DNA of 56,038 nt, filler included, from Ionaspis alba (Eukaryota), in assembly GCA_964255285.1 (NCBI GenBank). It is 3 parts of 3 records of this genome, joined end to end, with 100 filler letters (N's around TTAATTAATTAA, not from the genome) between each part and the next. Parts side by side here need not be neighbours in the genome. Positions count along the whole stretch, not along the records: positions 18,815 to 37,468 come from CAXUUL010000286.1; positions 37,569 to 56,038 come from CAXUUL010000289.1; 1 more part is not named here. One strand, given 5' to 3'. A model generated the notes under the pieces. The model was not told the origin of the DNA. It made no database searches and was given only the letters and a program-made list of their open reading frames with translations. Shown one piece after another: positions 33,138 to 45,922 of the stretch. The translations under genes and the position numbers were made by a program. Every line of letters starts with the position of its first letter. The stretch's first letter is position 1.

Positions 33138-34282
33138 CTATTTGGCTCCCACGTCGTCAAATTCACCTCTTATCGCAGGTGTACTGTACTTCTCTGGCCG
33201 AGCCTCGCCCATTTCAAGCACCCCAGTTTCTCTTGCCCGTCGAACGTGTACATACCACCAAAGCGCGGCAACCAGGTAGATCAAGAGCATTATCCCCGCT
33301 ACACTTCCATAGATGATCTCACCCGCTGTAGTGTTAGCGGCGAGCTGCAGTCCAAGACCACCATTGATAATGCCGAGTAGGATGAGAAGGCGTCCATACC
33401 AGATGTGCATGAACGTGCGGTAGCTGGATTCGTGCTTTTGTCGGTAGTGGTTATGATGAAGGACTCCGAGTAGGGGTTGGATGAGGAAGAGAGCGATGAT
33501 TATGGTGCCGAAGATTTGGTGGGAAGTGTTCCACATCTAAGGGGGAAATGTCAGTGGTAGGAAAATACCGATCATACCCGTGGAAGGAGGAAAGACTTGG
33601 TCAGTGTTTCAAAGCATCGCTAGCAAAGGGTCGAATAGAAGGTAAAGCAGAATCTGAAGGGAGGATAGTAAACTTGCCTCATTGTGCAGAACACTAAGCC
33701 AGATACCCAATCCAAATCCAGCCAACATCAGAACCATACCAACCATCTGCCACCCAATATGCAACCATAATAAGCCTGGAAAAGAGAACAGCTTCATCAT
33801 GATTGCACCGATGGGGTAGAAGAGCACAATGGCCATGGACATGACGGTACCATGGGCGATATGAGCAACGTTTCGAGTCTCGGGGTCACCCTTCAGACCA
33901 GGTTCTTCTTCGTCTGTATCTCCATCGCCATGTCGTCTGACAAGGCTCTTTTGAGAATGTTCATCGATCAATTGGAAGATAACATCATGCTTGTTTGCTG
34001 CTTTAACGTTTGGGGGAGAAAATGCGGTTGTCGTTTCGTGGAGTATCTTTACTCCAGCCGCACTCGGCTTGTCGTGGTGTTGAGGAGATGGTGATATGGT
34101 AAACTTGGTTTCACTAACCTCCAAAAGTTGATCATTGGTTTCACGGATGGTAGAACCCCCTAAGATTAATGAGGAGGCTAATGAGTAATATCAGTACTTT
34201 GGATCACATTACAATTAGCACCGGTAACAGCAAACTTACTGGCACAGAGTAGCAGTATAGCACTCTTAGCGTATTGCTTCAT
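33138..34282 (-). CDS. Cytochrome b561 (CYBDOM-type ferric-reductase-like) membrane protein without a DOMON domain, 3 exons (34282-34240, 34177-33678, 33536-33138)
   Basis: Signal peptide MKQYAKSAILLLCATSSLILGG; candidate heme His in IAHGTVM, WLHIGWQ, SHQIFG and MHIWYGR; family motifs IQPLLG and GIINGGLGL. Intron 2 has a GCAAGT donor. Confidence 0.85.
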
Positions 34283-35608
34283 GATGAGGGACAAGTCACA
34301 GAGGTATCGGGAACTATATCAATCGAGATCCTCAAGGCAGAGTGACACCAATATTGGAACAAAAAGTGAAGAGCGACAGACGAGGTGATACACGGAGTAG
34401 ACTTGTAGAAAAGTAGACATGATACAGTGTTCTATTCTTCTATCTTGAACAGCCCTCACTATCAAGAAGGTTCCAAGTCCAGAATTTGCATTGCGAACAA
34501 CCGCATCCGGAAGGCACAAGCAGGGGTGCCTCGTTGATTCTCCGAAGCCTTGTACTGCAATATTGCGGACCACACTCTTGTAGTGGGCGTCAAGTTTGAT
34601 CTGCATATCGCTCCGCCGTCGCTCCGCCAATTGCTGTACGGCATGTGATTTGCAATGGTAGAGGACGTGCCAAAGTATCAAGGACTTCTTTGGCAGGTGG
34701 TTTGAGCGCAGATGTGATATGCAGTCCTCGCCAAGAGAAAGCAAATAGAAAAATGATGCCCAGAATGTGCGGTACCACAAAGTGAGAGCCGGGCCAGGAT
34801 GACGAATCTTGGTCGAGGGAATTGAAAGAAAGTACAGGGAATCATGGCCGGCATCAAAGCGTAGTGTAACGACTGCATGTGCCCTGTGGGGTATGTTCAA
34901 CTGGGAGGAATATCCATTGACGCCAATTTGAATCCTACAGGGCCGCGTAAGCAATTTATGGTGGTAATATCTCCTTCGCAGGGAGTCCCAGAAGCTGTTG
35001 CCTACATCTGTTGAAGATGCAATACTGTTGGCCAAACCGATTGAACAGAGCTAGTAGATGCCCTGGTAGCTGCGGCTAGTCCGAGCACGGTTAAAGAAGC
35101 TGGGGCGTCCCCAGTCCGGGGCGAAACCGCAGATAATGCACAAGATGTTTATATGCGAGTTTCATGCTATGCCCCTAGCACAACTCCCCCGAGGCGATGG
35201 TGACTGAAAGCGATCTTTGATGGTTGGCTACGGGCCCCCTTCATCTTCCATGCTCACTACTTCGCCCAGACGACCTGCGCGGCTCAGTACGTATGTAACG
35301 ATGTGATCACATGAGGCAAATATTTGTGAGGCTGCCATTGCTGCTGATCAGCCTTTACTGGCTCTGCGATTGGCAGAACCATTGCGAATGGACTGCTTGT
35401 TGTGCTGCCTCATGTCAGGGTGATCAGCCATTGGAACTCCAGTCATGATATGGAAGCGGCCTTCCCTTCGTCTTCATTTCATTACCGCCGATTTTGGTAT
35501 TCGCCTGCCACTACGACTGTACCATCACACTCACAAGGTTCTATGTGACCGAGACTTCATATAGCCAAAGATCAACGACTGCTTATCTCCTTTGTATCTT
35601 GAACAGCC

Positions 35609-36938
35609 ATGAATTCTATCCTGACCTCACTCCTTGCATCAGTCATTCTTCTCCTTGCTGGAGAGTCTCTCGCACATGGAGATGATCCCGGCAATGGCAT
35701 GCCTGAAAGACGCGAGTCTTCGATCCAAGGTCCTTGCCATCACTACTGACAGCTTCGTAGCATCGAACGCCTCCAACATCACCTCTCTAGATCCTCAGTA
35801 CTTCACCGATCTAGGATCCAAAAGAGTCAAGATTGACTACGGACCTTATCCTATTTTCCCCAGCAACGTCCACGATGGCATGGCAACATATTACGAACTT
35901 GCTGTCAGGAAACCGTGCTCAGATTGCATCATCACATGGATGCAGGCTGGACTCGAGTATCCTAACGGCACGTATGCCAACGCCAATACTGGTATGTGGC
36001 TTCACCACATTCTCTTGGTGAACACAGAGAGACAGTCTTCTCTTTGTGGGTTGCAGTACCGAGGTGACCGCTTCTTTGCTTCGGGCAATGAACGTACTGC
36101 TGTAAATATTTGTGTGAACGGGTGAGGTCGTTCCTTATCACAAAGCTTTCAAATTGCGGAAGACTAACGGGTCTCTAGCACCGAGAAAGCTGGCTACTAC
36201 GTCGGACCCAACGACAACTTCGCCATGCTTGTTGAACTGATGAACGAGAACAAAGAGACTCGAGACGTCGTACCAACCATCACCTATGAATTCATCCCTA
36301 TTGTACCACCTGCCTTCAACAAGGTGGCAACGGTCTGGCTCGATATCGGTGGCTGTGATGGTTCAGAAATGCCAGCGAAGAATGGAACATTCGAGTATTC
36401 TATGGAACCGGCATGGAAAGCCAATTTCTCGGGTCGAATCACCACAATGATTACCCATCTCCACGATGGCGGCACTCATCTCGAGGTGAAGCAGAACAAC
36501 AAGACTATATGTGACAGCATGGCTGCTTATGGGCAGTCGGCGGGCTATAACGAGTCCATGAACAGTGGTATGGATATGAGTGGCATGGACATGGGTATGG
36601 CAATGACGCATATCTCATCTATGACAACCTGCGATATGATCGGTCAAGTCAATGTGGACGACGAATGGTCCGTGACGGCTCATTACAACATGACGGCTTA
36701 CACGCCTATGATGAGTAGTAACGGCACATTGGAGCCTATCATGGGCATTGCTCTCTTCTATGTTGCGAAAGGAGAGAATGCTACGACGAATGGCACTGCT
36801 ACGAGCACGGGAGATGGGAGTTCTGTTAGCGGGGCGGCATCGACGACGTCACCGACGGCAGTATCGACCGGGTCGTATGTTCAGATCGGGACGTCTCTGC
36901 TGGCCTTGTGTTTAGGCCTACTTGCTTCTTTACTGTGA
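35609..36938 (+). CDS. Secreted, probably GPI-anchored protein with copper type II monooxygenase (PHM/DBH)-like ligand motifs, 3 exons (35609-35696, 35761-36121, 36179-36938)
   Basis: Signal peptide ending SLA|HGDD; motifs WLHH, RFFASGNERT, HLHDGG, HISSM, AHYN and PIMGI; Met-rich MNSGMDMSGMDMGMAM; Ser/Thr-rich stalk and hydrophobic C-terminus. The exon 1 donor is inferred. Confidence 0.75.
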
Positions 36939-37155
36939 TGTGGGAGAGGCTTACGATATGTGGGATTCTGTCCAGGTACGTAAGCTTTCTAGCACAATGA
37001 GATATACTGCCGATAGAGGAGAATGGTGGGGGGCCTCATGAGCAATTCATAGCTGATGCGGAACCAAGCATTGCCAACTTCAATGCTCTATCACTATAAC
37101 GAACCATAATCCTTATGATGAAGTCAATTATCGTCCTTACCCCAACGTCCCCGAA

Positions 37156-37468
37156 CTACCCCTTGCTTAGCCACAAATCACCCCACATGCACTGTGCCGC
37201 CAACGAAAAACATGACGCGAGGGATGCGCCAACAGTGAAAAGGACTTGGATCGCCTGTATTTGCATCGCCATCGCAAGATGTAAGCTCGAAGCTGAACCG
37301 TGCAAACCAAGCCGCGAAACGGTGCTGATACAGATGCGAGCCGTTGGCCCGTGGGGCAAGTACTACCATTGTAGTTCCGGCTGAATCATGGACGTTGAAT
37401 TTGGGATTTGGAGCAGATCTCCATCCAGCGGGAGCGCCGGGGGATCGGCTGTTAGAGGTAGCCGAGAA
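37156..37468 (-). pseudogene. Decayed ankyrin-repeat fragment at contig end
   Basis: Minus-strand frames give KFNVHDSAGTTMVVLA and SSLHLAMAMQIQAIQVLFTVGASL, both ankyrin-like, in different frames. Confidence 0.4.
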
Positions 37469-37568
37469 NNNNNNNNNNNNNNNNNNNNNNNNNNNNNNNN
37501 NNNNNNNNNNNNTTAATTAATTAANNNNNNNNNNNNNNNNNNNNNNNNNNNNNNNNNNNNNNNNNNNN
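37469..37568. other. Artificial contig-joining spacer (44 N + TTAATTAATTAA + 44 N)
   Basis: Identical to the spacer at 18715-18814. Confidence 0.97.
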
Positions 37569-38222
37569 AAAGCAAAGATGTCGAAGCTTCATCCACTCGT
37601 CTTTAACACATTTACTCGTCCGGCGTGGAAGGGTTCCAGAACTATTGACTACAGCTCAGACAATGGCAGGTCTACTCCCTAAAGCGAAGCACTTACTGTT
37701 ATCTCGAAAGATATGTTTTGCTATATCGACCATGTGTACGTCGTCCTCGATGCTCTGAACACGAGTGGGGAACAAGAAGAAATGTTGAAATTAATTGAAG
37801 ATGTGACCAAATAGAATATGTCAACAGCCTTCATATTCTCGTTACAAGTCGTCGCGAAAGGGACATTGAAGTTGCCTTGGATCCTTTAACAACGGATCAA
37901 ATGTGCATCCAACATTCACCCGTGGAAGCGGATATTCGGCTGTACATTCATGACTGTCTTGAACATGAACCGAAGCTGAATTGGCCCATCGAAGTCAAAA
38001 TGGAGATCGATGAGAACGTCATCACGGGATCTGACAGGATGTAGGGAAGTTATTGATAGATGCTTCGTTCGCATCAGAATGTACGCTGACAGCTTCTTAA
38101 AGGTTCTGGTGGGAATTGTGCCAGCCTGATGCGCCTTGGAGATGTCTTATCGTGTACGATGTGCGTAAAACACTACGTTCATTGCCAAGGACTTCGGAGG
38201 AAACCTATCAGAGGATATTAAC
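37569..38222 (+). pseudogene. NACHT-domain (fungal NLR-like) pseudogene fragment
   Basis: Ordered motifs HVYVVLDAL (Walker B), LHILVTSRRERDI, VEADIRLYI, GSDRM|FWWELCQ (split by an intron) and PRTSEETYQRIL, broken by a stop and frameshifts. Confidence 0.8.
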
Positions 38223-38887
38223 AGGCATGAACGAAGACCATAAGGACTCTGGCATTTGAAGATGTCACCAGCACTACGCTGAGTATCAGATGAGAATGGG
38301 CGCGCTTGCACGTTCTTGATTGCATGTCTTGCACAGAACGTCGGGAAGGTATCTGTTTCTGTCATGCTCGGGACCCTATCGGTGTGTCCACTGTAGTCGT
38401 TAGTCGCGGAATCCTGCAATCCCTTCAATATTGATTGATACGGATTGGGGAGATGAGGAGGAAACGCGGATGCTCATATTGCAAAAGCCACAAAGCGAAT
38501 ACCAATGGGCTGGACCCCTAAATTACGACTCAGGTGACTGGGCATCAATGTCATAGGACTTTTGCACCGGATTCCTCGTTGATCCTACAAATGACCACTT
38601 TTGGATGTATCGTATGTTCCTGTCCACTTTATTCTAGCTTGGTACATCTTGCACTGATTACAATAGACGCGGATTTCGTCGTAGAATTTGATTATCTCGA
38701 GGAACTACATCCTATCGATTCACAAGTCATGGCCATCTTCAAGTTGTATGATGCAACAACATTTCCAGCCCCTTGATGGTCAATCTGGTGTCATCTGTCT
38801 CCAGTTCATGAAGGCACCACTCCGAACAAACAGAAACGACAACTCCACCAATCCCCTCTCGTTCTTCCCAAGGAGTGACTTCAAAAG

Positions 38888-39325
38888 TCAGTTACCGCCA
38901 ACCCTCGTCTCGATATCAGCTCTCATCGCGTCCTCCCTCCTTTTCAAATCCTCTGTCATCTCCTCTCCAAAATCACTCATTTCTCCAATTCGTCTCACCT
39001 CGATGACACCGGCCTCATCCTCAATTGGACACTTGCGAGCCCAATCTACAGCCTCATCCAAATCCTTGGCTTTGATGATCCACCACCCACTGATAAGCTC
39101 ACTAAGAGGCTTGAACGGACCTTGCGTAACAGTTTTGTCCGGGAACGCAATGCGTGCGCCAGCATTGGGCTGGTTTGTTGCGACGAGACCTTCACCCCCA
39201 AGTAAGATGTTGGCGGAGTTGAGGCTACTGGAGTAGGCCGTCATGGCTTCGATGATCTCTCGACTTGGAATAGCACCGGATTCGCTGAGTTCCGTTGCGC
39301 GGAGAAAGAGAACGAATCGAGGCAT
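38888..39325 (-). CDS. YCII-related / DGPF-family protein, 145 aa, intronless
   Basis: MPRFVLFLR...MTAYSSSL...ILLGGEGL...VTQGPFKPLSELISGWWIIKAKDLDEAVDWARKCP...IEVRRI. Confidence 0.88.
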   Translation of the reverse strand: MPRFVLFLRATELSESGAIPSREIIEAMTAYSSSLNSANILLGGEGLVATNQPNAGARIAFPDKTVTQGPFKPLSELISGWWIIKAKDLDEAVDWARKCPIEDEAGVIEVRRIGEMSDFGEEMTEDLKRREDAMRADIETRVGGN

Positions 39326-41491
39326 GGCTTTGAGAAGATAGCGAAGAAGAGTTGTGGTCTATTACGAAGAAGAACTTGGATTCGATTGTTATATAGGTTG
39401 GTCGAGACACACTATGATGATCAATAATCCCAATGGGAGTTGTCAATGGGAATTGTCGATGTCTTTTCGGGAGCATTGAGTCCGTATTTTATATTAGTTG
39501 CGGACAACCGAATCTTGCGATCCAAATAGGCAACAACATGAACATCGTGATCGATTATCAGGGGTACGTGATCACAAAGGTCCTCATCAAAGAGTAGATT
39601 TCGCAGAATTCTCGATGGCGTGCCTCCCGGTACAGCCGCCAACCTGAGAATTATTGGGTTATGGAGCTGTTGGAGCCTAAGTGGCGGTCTTGGCCGTCGA
39701 CTCTGAGTCACAGCCAGCAATCTTTGTGAGTATTGATCTACAAGGCTCCTCTCAGGCTATCAAGGATCGAAAAAGATCATGGAGCTGCTGCGTTCCGTAG
39801 CCTGTACTGCTTTTGCTGCATCTGCATGGCGACAACTTTGAAGTACAGATTTACGTATGTAGTACCTAAAGACGCGACCTAGTACGCGGATAATCCCCCT
39901 AAAGCCAACTAAAGTCTAGAGCATAACCTGAAAGTCGGTGGGTCACTTTAGAAGAGTTAGAGGGCCTTGTCCCGGAACCACAGTACGAGGGATGGAAATT
40001 AAAGTCGTGGTCGACTTTGCACCCCAAATCATCAGATATCAATTACATCCATTACCATGGGGCCCTTCATAAGCGTCGAGATTTCACTTTGATATGATGA
40101 AATTTTCTAGATGATATATACGCATCTTTTAATAGAGTAGATATCATGACCACTGCAAAAATTAATCCGTTGTGGGTGTATTTTGTTATTCCGGCCACGA
40201 CTTCAATTTCTGTGGCTTGGTGCGACCTTTTCGCTCGTTTGATTGGATTAGCTGATGCTCCGGCCATGGTTCAAAGTGGTTTCACGATCAACAAAGGCTG
40301 TGATAGATGCTCGGTTGGACTTCCCTGTTGAGCGACCTCTAGCTCATATCAGACTCGATTGGCCGCTCTTACTTGATCGACACATATATTTGCTTGTTCC
40401 AGTGGCTCATCGAGCGACTCACTGGCATCTGGCTCGTATTCTGTTTCCGCTCGACGTGCTCCAGAAGCCTCTTCGACTGCGGGAGGAGTCTTTGTCTGAA
40501 TTGGCTTCTTCATGTTCTAAAATGTGATACTGGGGGAGCTACCGAAACACCTCATCGCTCCTCTACTTCGTCAATTGAAGCATCCAGTTGTCGTCGAGTT
40601 TCAGCCCTGCGCTTTAGCCTTGGAGTGCTATTCAAAATAATGTCTACAACTCGAGCACTTCAGTGATCACATGCGACTCCACCAACACCTTGCGGACCAT
40701 GAATCAACAATCTGTCGAGATACCTAGACTTCTCCGCATTCCCTCACGCTCGAATCAATCTCTGACCCACCAACCCGACACACGCGTCCCTCCTTCAGCC
40801 ACCAGGGAATTGAAGGAAATCTTCCTCGGCTGCATAGAAGCGCACCACACAATTTTACCCGCATGACGGGTCAGGCACCCAACAGTGAATGACCCGATGG
40901 CAGGGCTGTTTCCCGAGTGACCAGACCAATTGCTGATCCGGAGGGAAAGGCAAGCAACATGTAACATTAATCACCACATCCTTTTGGTTTGGATTCGTGG
41001 CCGGCGTGGCGTTTAAGGGGACTTAGACATGTCTGACGCTCATGAGGCGGTGATATGTAAGGCTTTCAGGCGTCTCTGGTGAGTGACTGGATGGGCTGAG
41101 CTTTATGAAGATCTTGACTCTGGACGAAAATTATGTAGCTTCATCTCATTTTGGATCGTTTCTGTACATCTTGCGGCCCAACTTTAATGATTATTCTTTG
41201 CGATAAATATCTAGCCATGACTCTAGTACTTCTTATTCATTGCAAATCTTTACTCGTAAGAGAATTGATATACGCCATCCCGGGGTGGACGAAGTTTCCG
41301 TAGTCCCTGAACAGGTCCTCATAATACCAACACCGACATCAAGAACTCAAAAGTGTCCTGCGGCAGACATGATGTGCCGCACCTAGACGCTCCCCCCCCC
41401 CCAGGAAAAGAGACCATGTTTCATACAAGTCGGAAAATGCCGTGCACAATATTAGCCCCCAAGGCAAAGGCGCTACTTCGCGTACATGGAG

Positions 41492-42502
41492 TCAAACCCA
41501 GGTGACATGATTCCAGTGCCCTGGTATCCTTTGACGACACTTCTCACAATCAGCTTTGAACCCCATACTGAAGAGCACCTTTCTTTTCCCCCCTTCTTTG
41601 ATCTTGAGCGCGCTCAAACCACGATCAACATCCACGGCGCCCCGCCTCGTGTTACGCCACCCGCTTTCCAAGGAGGCATCGGGGGCCGGGGATAGGGGCG
41701 TCATCATGTTGGTGTCGCCGTCGGAAGGGAAATGGGCGGTGGATGGCGTGGCACTCATGTCAAGCTTTCGTAGGAGAGTGTGCGTGGTGCTGGTGGGAGA
41801 TGCCATATCTTCGTCCTCCGAGATGGGCGAGGGAAGGCGCCGACGTCGGTGGAAGAGGTCGTGTTGAGTGTCGTGATCGAATCTAGATTTGCTCGGTTCC
41901 GGTATCGAATAGCTTGTCGGAGTAGTCATAAGCGTATCATTCGAGACGATGTTGAAATGGCCGTAGATAGGAGTTGGAATCCGCGTGCTATTCTCCGAGA
42001 GACGTGGGACTTGAGGAAGCGCAGCGTGCGGCGGCATTCCGACCGGATTCTGCGTAGCCGGTTGCCAGTAGTTTGGCTGTGCAGAGTGTTCGTCTAAGGA
42101 CCAGGGTGGAAACTCGGTATCGTCCATAGCGAGATCGGTGTCCTTGTCCGTAGGAAGATAAGGTAGAATATGGTATGACGGCGATGGGCCGTAGCGCATG
42201 GGGGATGGTTCGTCGGATTCGTCTTCTGAAGAGTCGGTGGGAGTGAGAACGGGAGGCTTGGAGATTTGTTCTCGGTGCTGAGAGAAGAGGGACGTATGTT
42301 TAGTTGTGGGTGAAGTGCGAAAAGGAAGAGTGCGTGGTTTCTATAAAGATATTAATAATTGCTATTGATAACGTTTCTGGATTCTGAGATGGAAACCATG
42401 GCTCACCTTGCGGTCTAGTCTCAACTTTTCGATCTCATCCTCATCCTCTTGCCTCACTCTTTTGCCAGAGCTCAAAACACTGCTTGAGAATATCGCTGCC
42501 AT
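41492..42502 (-). CDS. Hypothetical low-complexity protein with C-terminal CxxC...H..H motif, 2 exons (42502-42407, 42340-41492)
   Basis: Frame-consistent GT-AG intron 42406-42341. Motifs RLPSPISEDE and SMGFKADCEKCRQRIPGHWNH. Confidence 0.75.
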
Positions 42503-43221
42503 AATCAAGGACTGAGTAAGGCTAAGGAAGCCCCAGACTGATGGTAAATCAATGTGTAGATGCCGAATAGAATTAAATGGATGAAGTCAGCAATAAAAGC
42601 GCCTCGTTGTCAATGTGGCAAGAAGATTCTGAAGCTCGAAGTAGGTGAGAGGTAGGCGCGGGAGTGAGGCAGGCATGAAGGAAACAGCAGAAGAAGCCGG
42701 TAGGTAGATGACGAACCGGAGATTTCTAGCATTTCGCAGCGCATGAACGAGAGCCTACGAGTCGCTGCATGCATTATTCTTTGGACTCGTATGAGACGGC
42801 ACGTTGTTTCAGCCACCCGAAACGACAAGGCTAGACTCCGTGCAAGGACTGGAACAACTATCTGCCATGCTTGACTGTCTGGCTTCCTTGTGGCTGTGAG
42901 TGGGTACTATTCTGCACAAACTGAGACCGGAGAGACTGTCCGAAAGTCCCGACATCGGCCCGTCCATGGAATTCATTCCTGCACTAATAATGCAATCGAG
43001 GCACATTATCCGTAATTCAGCCTCGTCAAGCCCTAAACATTTTTCTTGGATATAACCCAAACGATCCTAGAGAAATTTCCAATTATCAGTCACACCATAA
43101 CCAAAGACCATCACCTAGCAACTGTGGACAGTAGATTCTGCGTCTTCTCCACTGACCGCTGAAAGAGTCGAGGTACAACGAGATCCCGGCAAACATCAGT
43201 GGGCACCAGCGGGTCACGGCC

Positions 43222-44657
<1,436 letters not shown>

Positions 44658-45922
44658 CAATGTCCGAACGCGGCATATGTGAGACAGCAATTGAGGAAAA
44701 CAGGAATGATGATTGTTTGAGGCTGGCGTTACTCCGGTGTTGTGCGGGGGCGAGGAAAAGCTTACATGAATGTACATTTGTATATTTCCAATATACGAGA
44801 CATAGATGGCTCTAATTGGCAAAGCCTTGATTACATGTTTGGCACGAGGAATTCAAGTATCCACGTATTTGTGACAAAATCTGTTCTGCTAATACGATCA
44901 GCTTCTGACCTAACATATCAGTGTGAAACAAATGTGCAATATATGTTCAAGGAGCTGATCCATCAGCAGAACGAAACAATAGAGTGCGTGACTTCCTGGG
45001 CTTCAGTATTGGATGCTGAGTGCCTACTGCCCAGCCTAGTTCGAAGAGAAACTTCGCCGATTGCATCTAAACGCTCACTATCCAAGCCCTACTCGATTTT
45101 ATGGTTTACAGCCGAAGAAGGCATTATTCTGTCCATTCCAAAGCAAAGCTATATGTAGACCGACGCTATACTGAACTTGTCTCGTCGTGCAAAGACAGTT
45201 ATGCGCATGGTAACTGGTGATTCCCAATTCGTGGTCGGTCTTGTCTGTCCGCAATGGGAAGGTTTTTGCATGTAACACGCAGCGGCGTAAGTCGTAAACC
45301 GTAACCACAATATAGCAAGACTCTAAGCGTCAGTAGTTGCTGGCTTACAGAATAATATTGCATACCTTCACCGTTGACTAGTTCCTCACTTCGGATCTTT
45401 GGACAGGAAGAAAGATTAGATGATAAGTAAACAAATCTGTCTGTCGTTCTAAGGGAATGTGACGGCGTATAAACGCTCGATACGAAATGAGGTTCTCTGA
45501 AATCTGAAACCTAGACCACATGTTCCTTCATGTGCATTGAAAGGCAAGACTGTTACGGCATCGATGCAGACACGTGGCCGTTGAAGACGATTGTAGTACA
45601 ACTGTTCAATAGTTCTTATCGGGAGACTATCTTACAATTCTACCATTCAAATCGAATCTCTGTCGCATCTCCCAATAGCCAAGCCTGTAACAACCCTCAA
45701 AGAACGGGACGTAGCATCATAAACTGGAGGGTATCAAAGGCCGTAGCTCATCCCCTTATACATAGGACACCACGCAAGCTGACCGAGATTGAACGACCAA
45801 AGATATAAAGCACGAGCTGACCAACTCACCAGATTACTATTTCCCATCTACTAACACGTCTCCCACAAGTATGCGTGGCACTGCCCATGAATTTCAACAC
45901 ACTCATGACTACCCGGAACTCC

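Noticed and set aside
34319..35035. 238-aa minus-strand ORF between b561 and the copper protein
   Set aside because: Non-ATG start, no recognisable motif, and it sits in the shared promoter region; likely spurious.
34283..35608. Copper- or iron-response elements in the shared promoter
   Set aside because: I found no exact Mac1-type TTTGC(T/G)C(A/G) or SreA-type ATCWGATAA site by eye; only generic CCAAT boxes.
39421..41400. Short ORFs between the YCII gene and the hypothetical gene
   Set aside because: No recognisable motifs or consistent exon structure.
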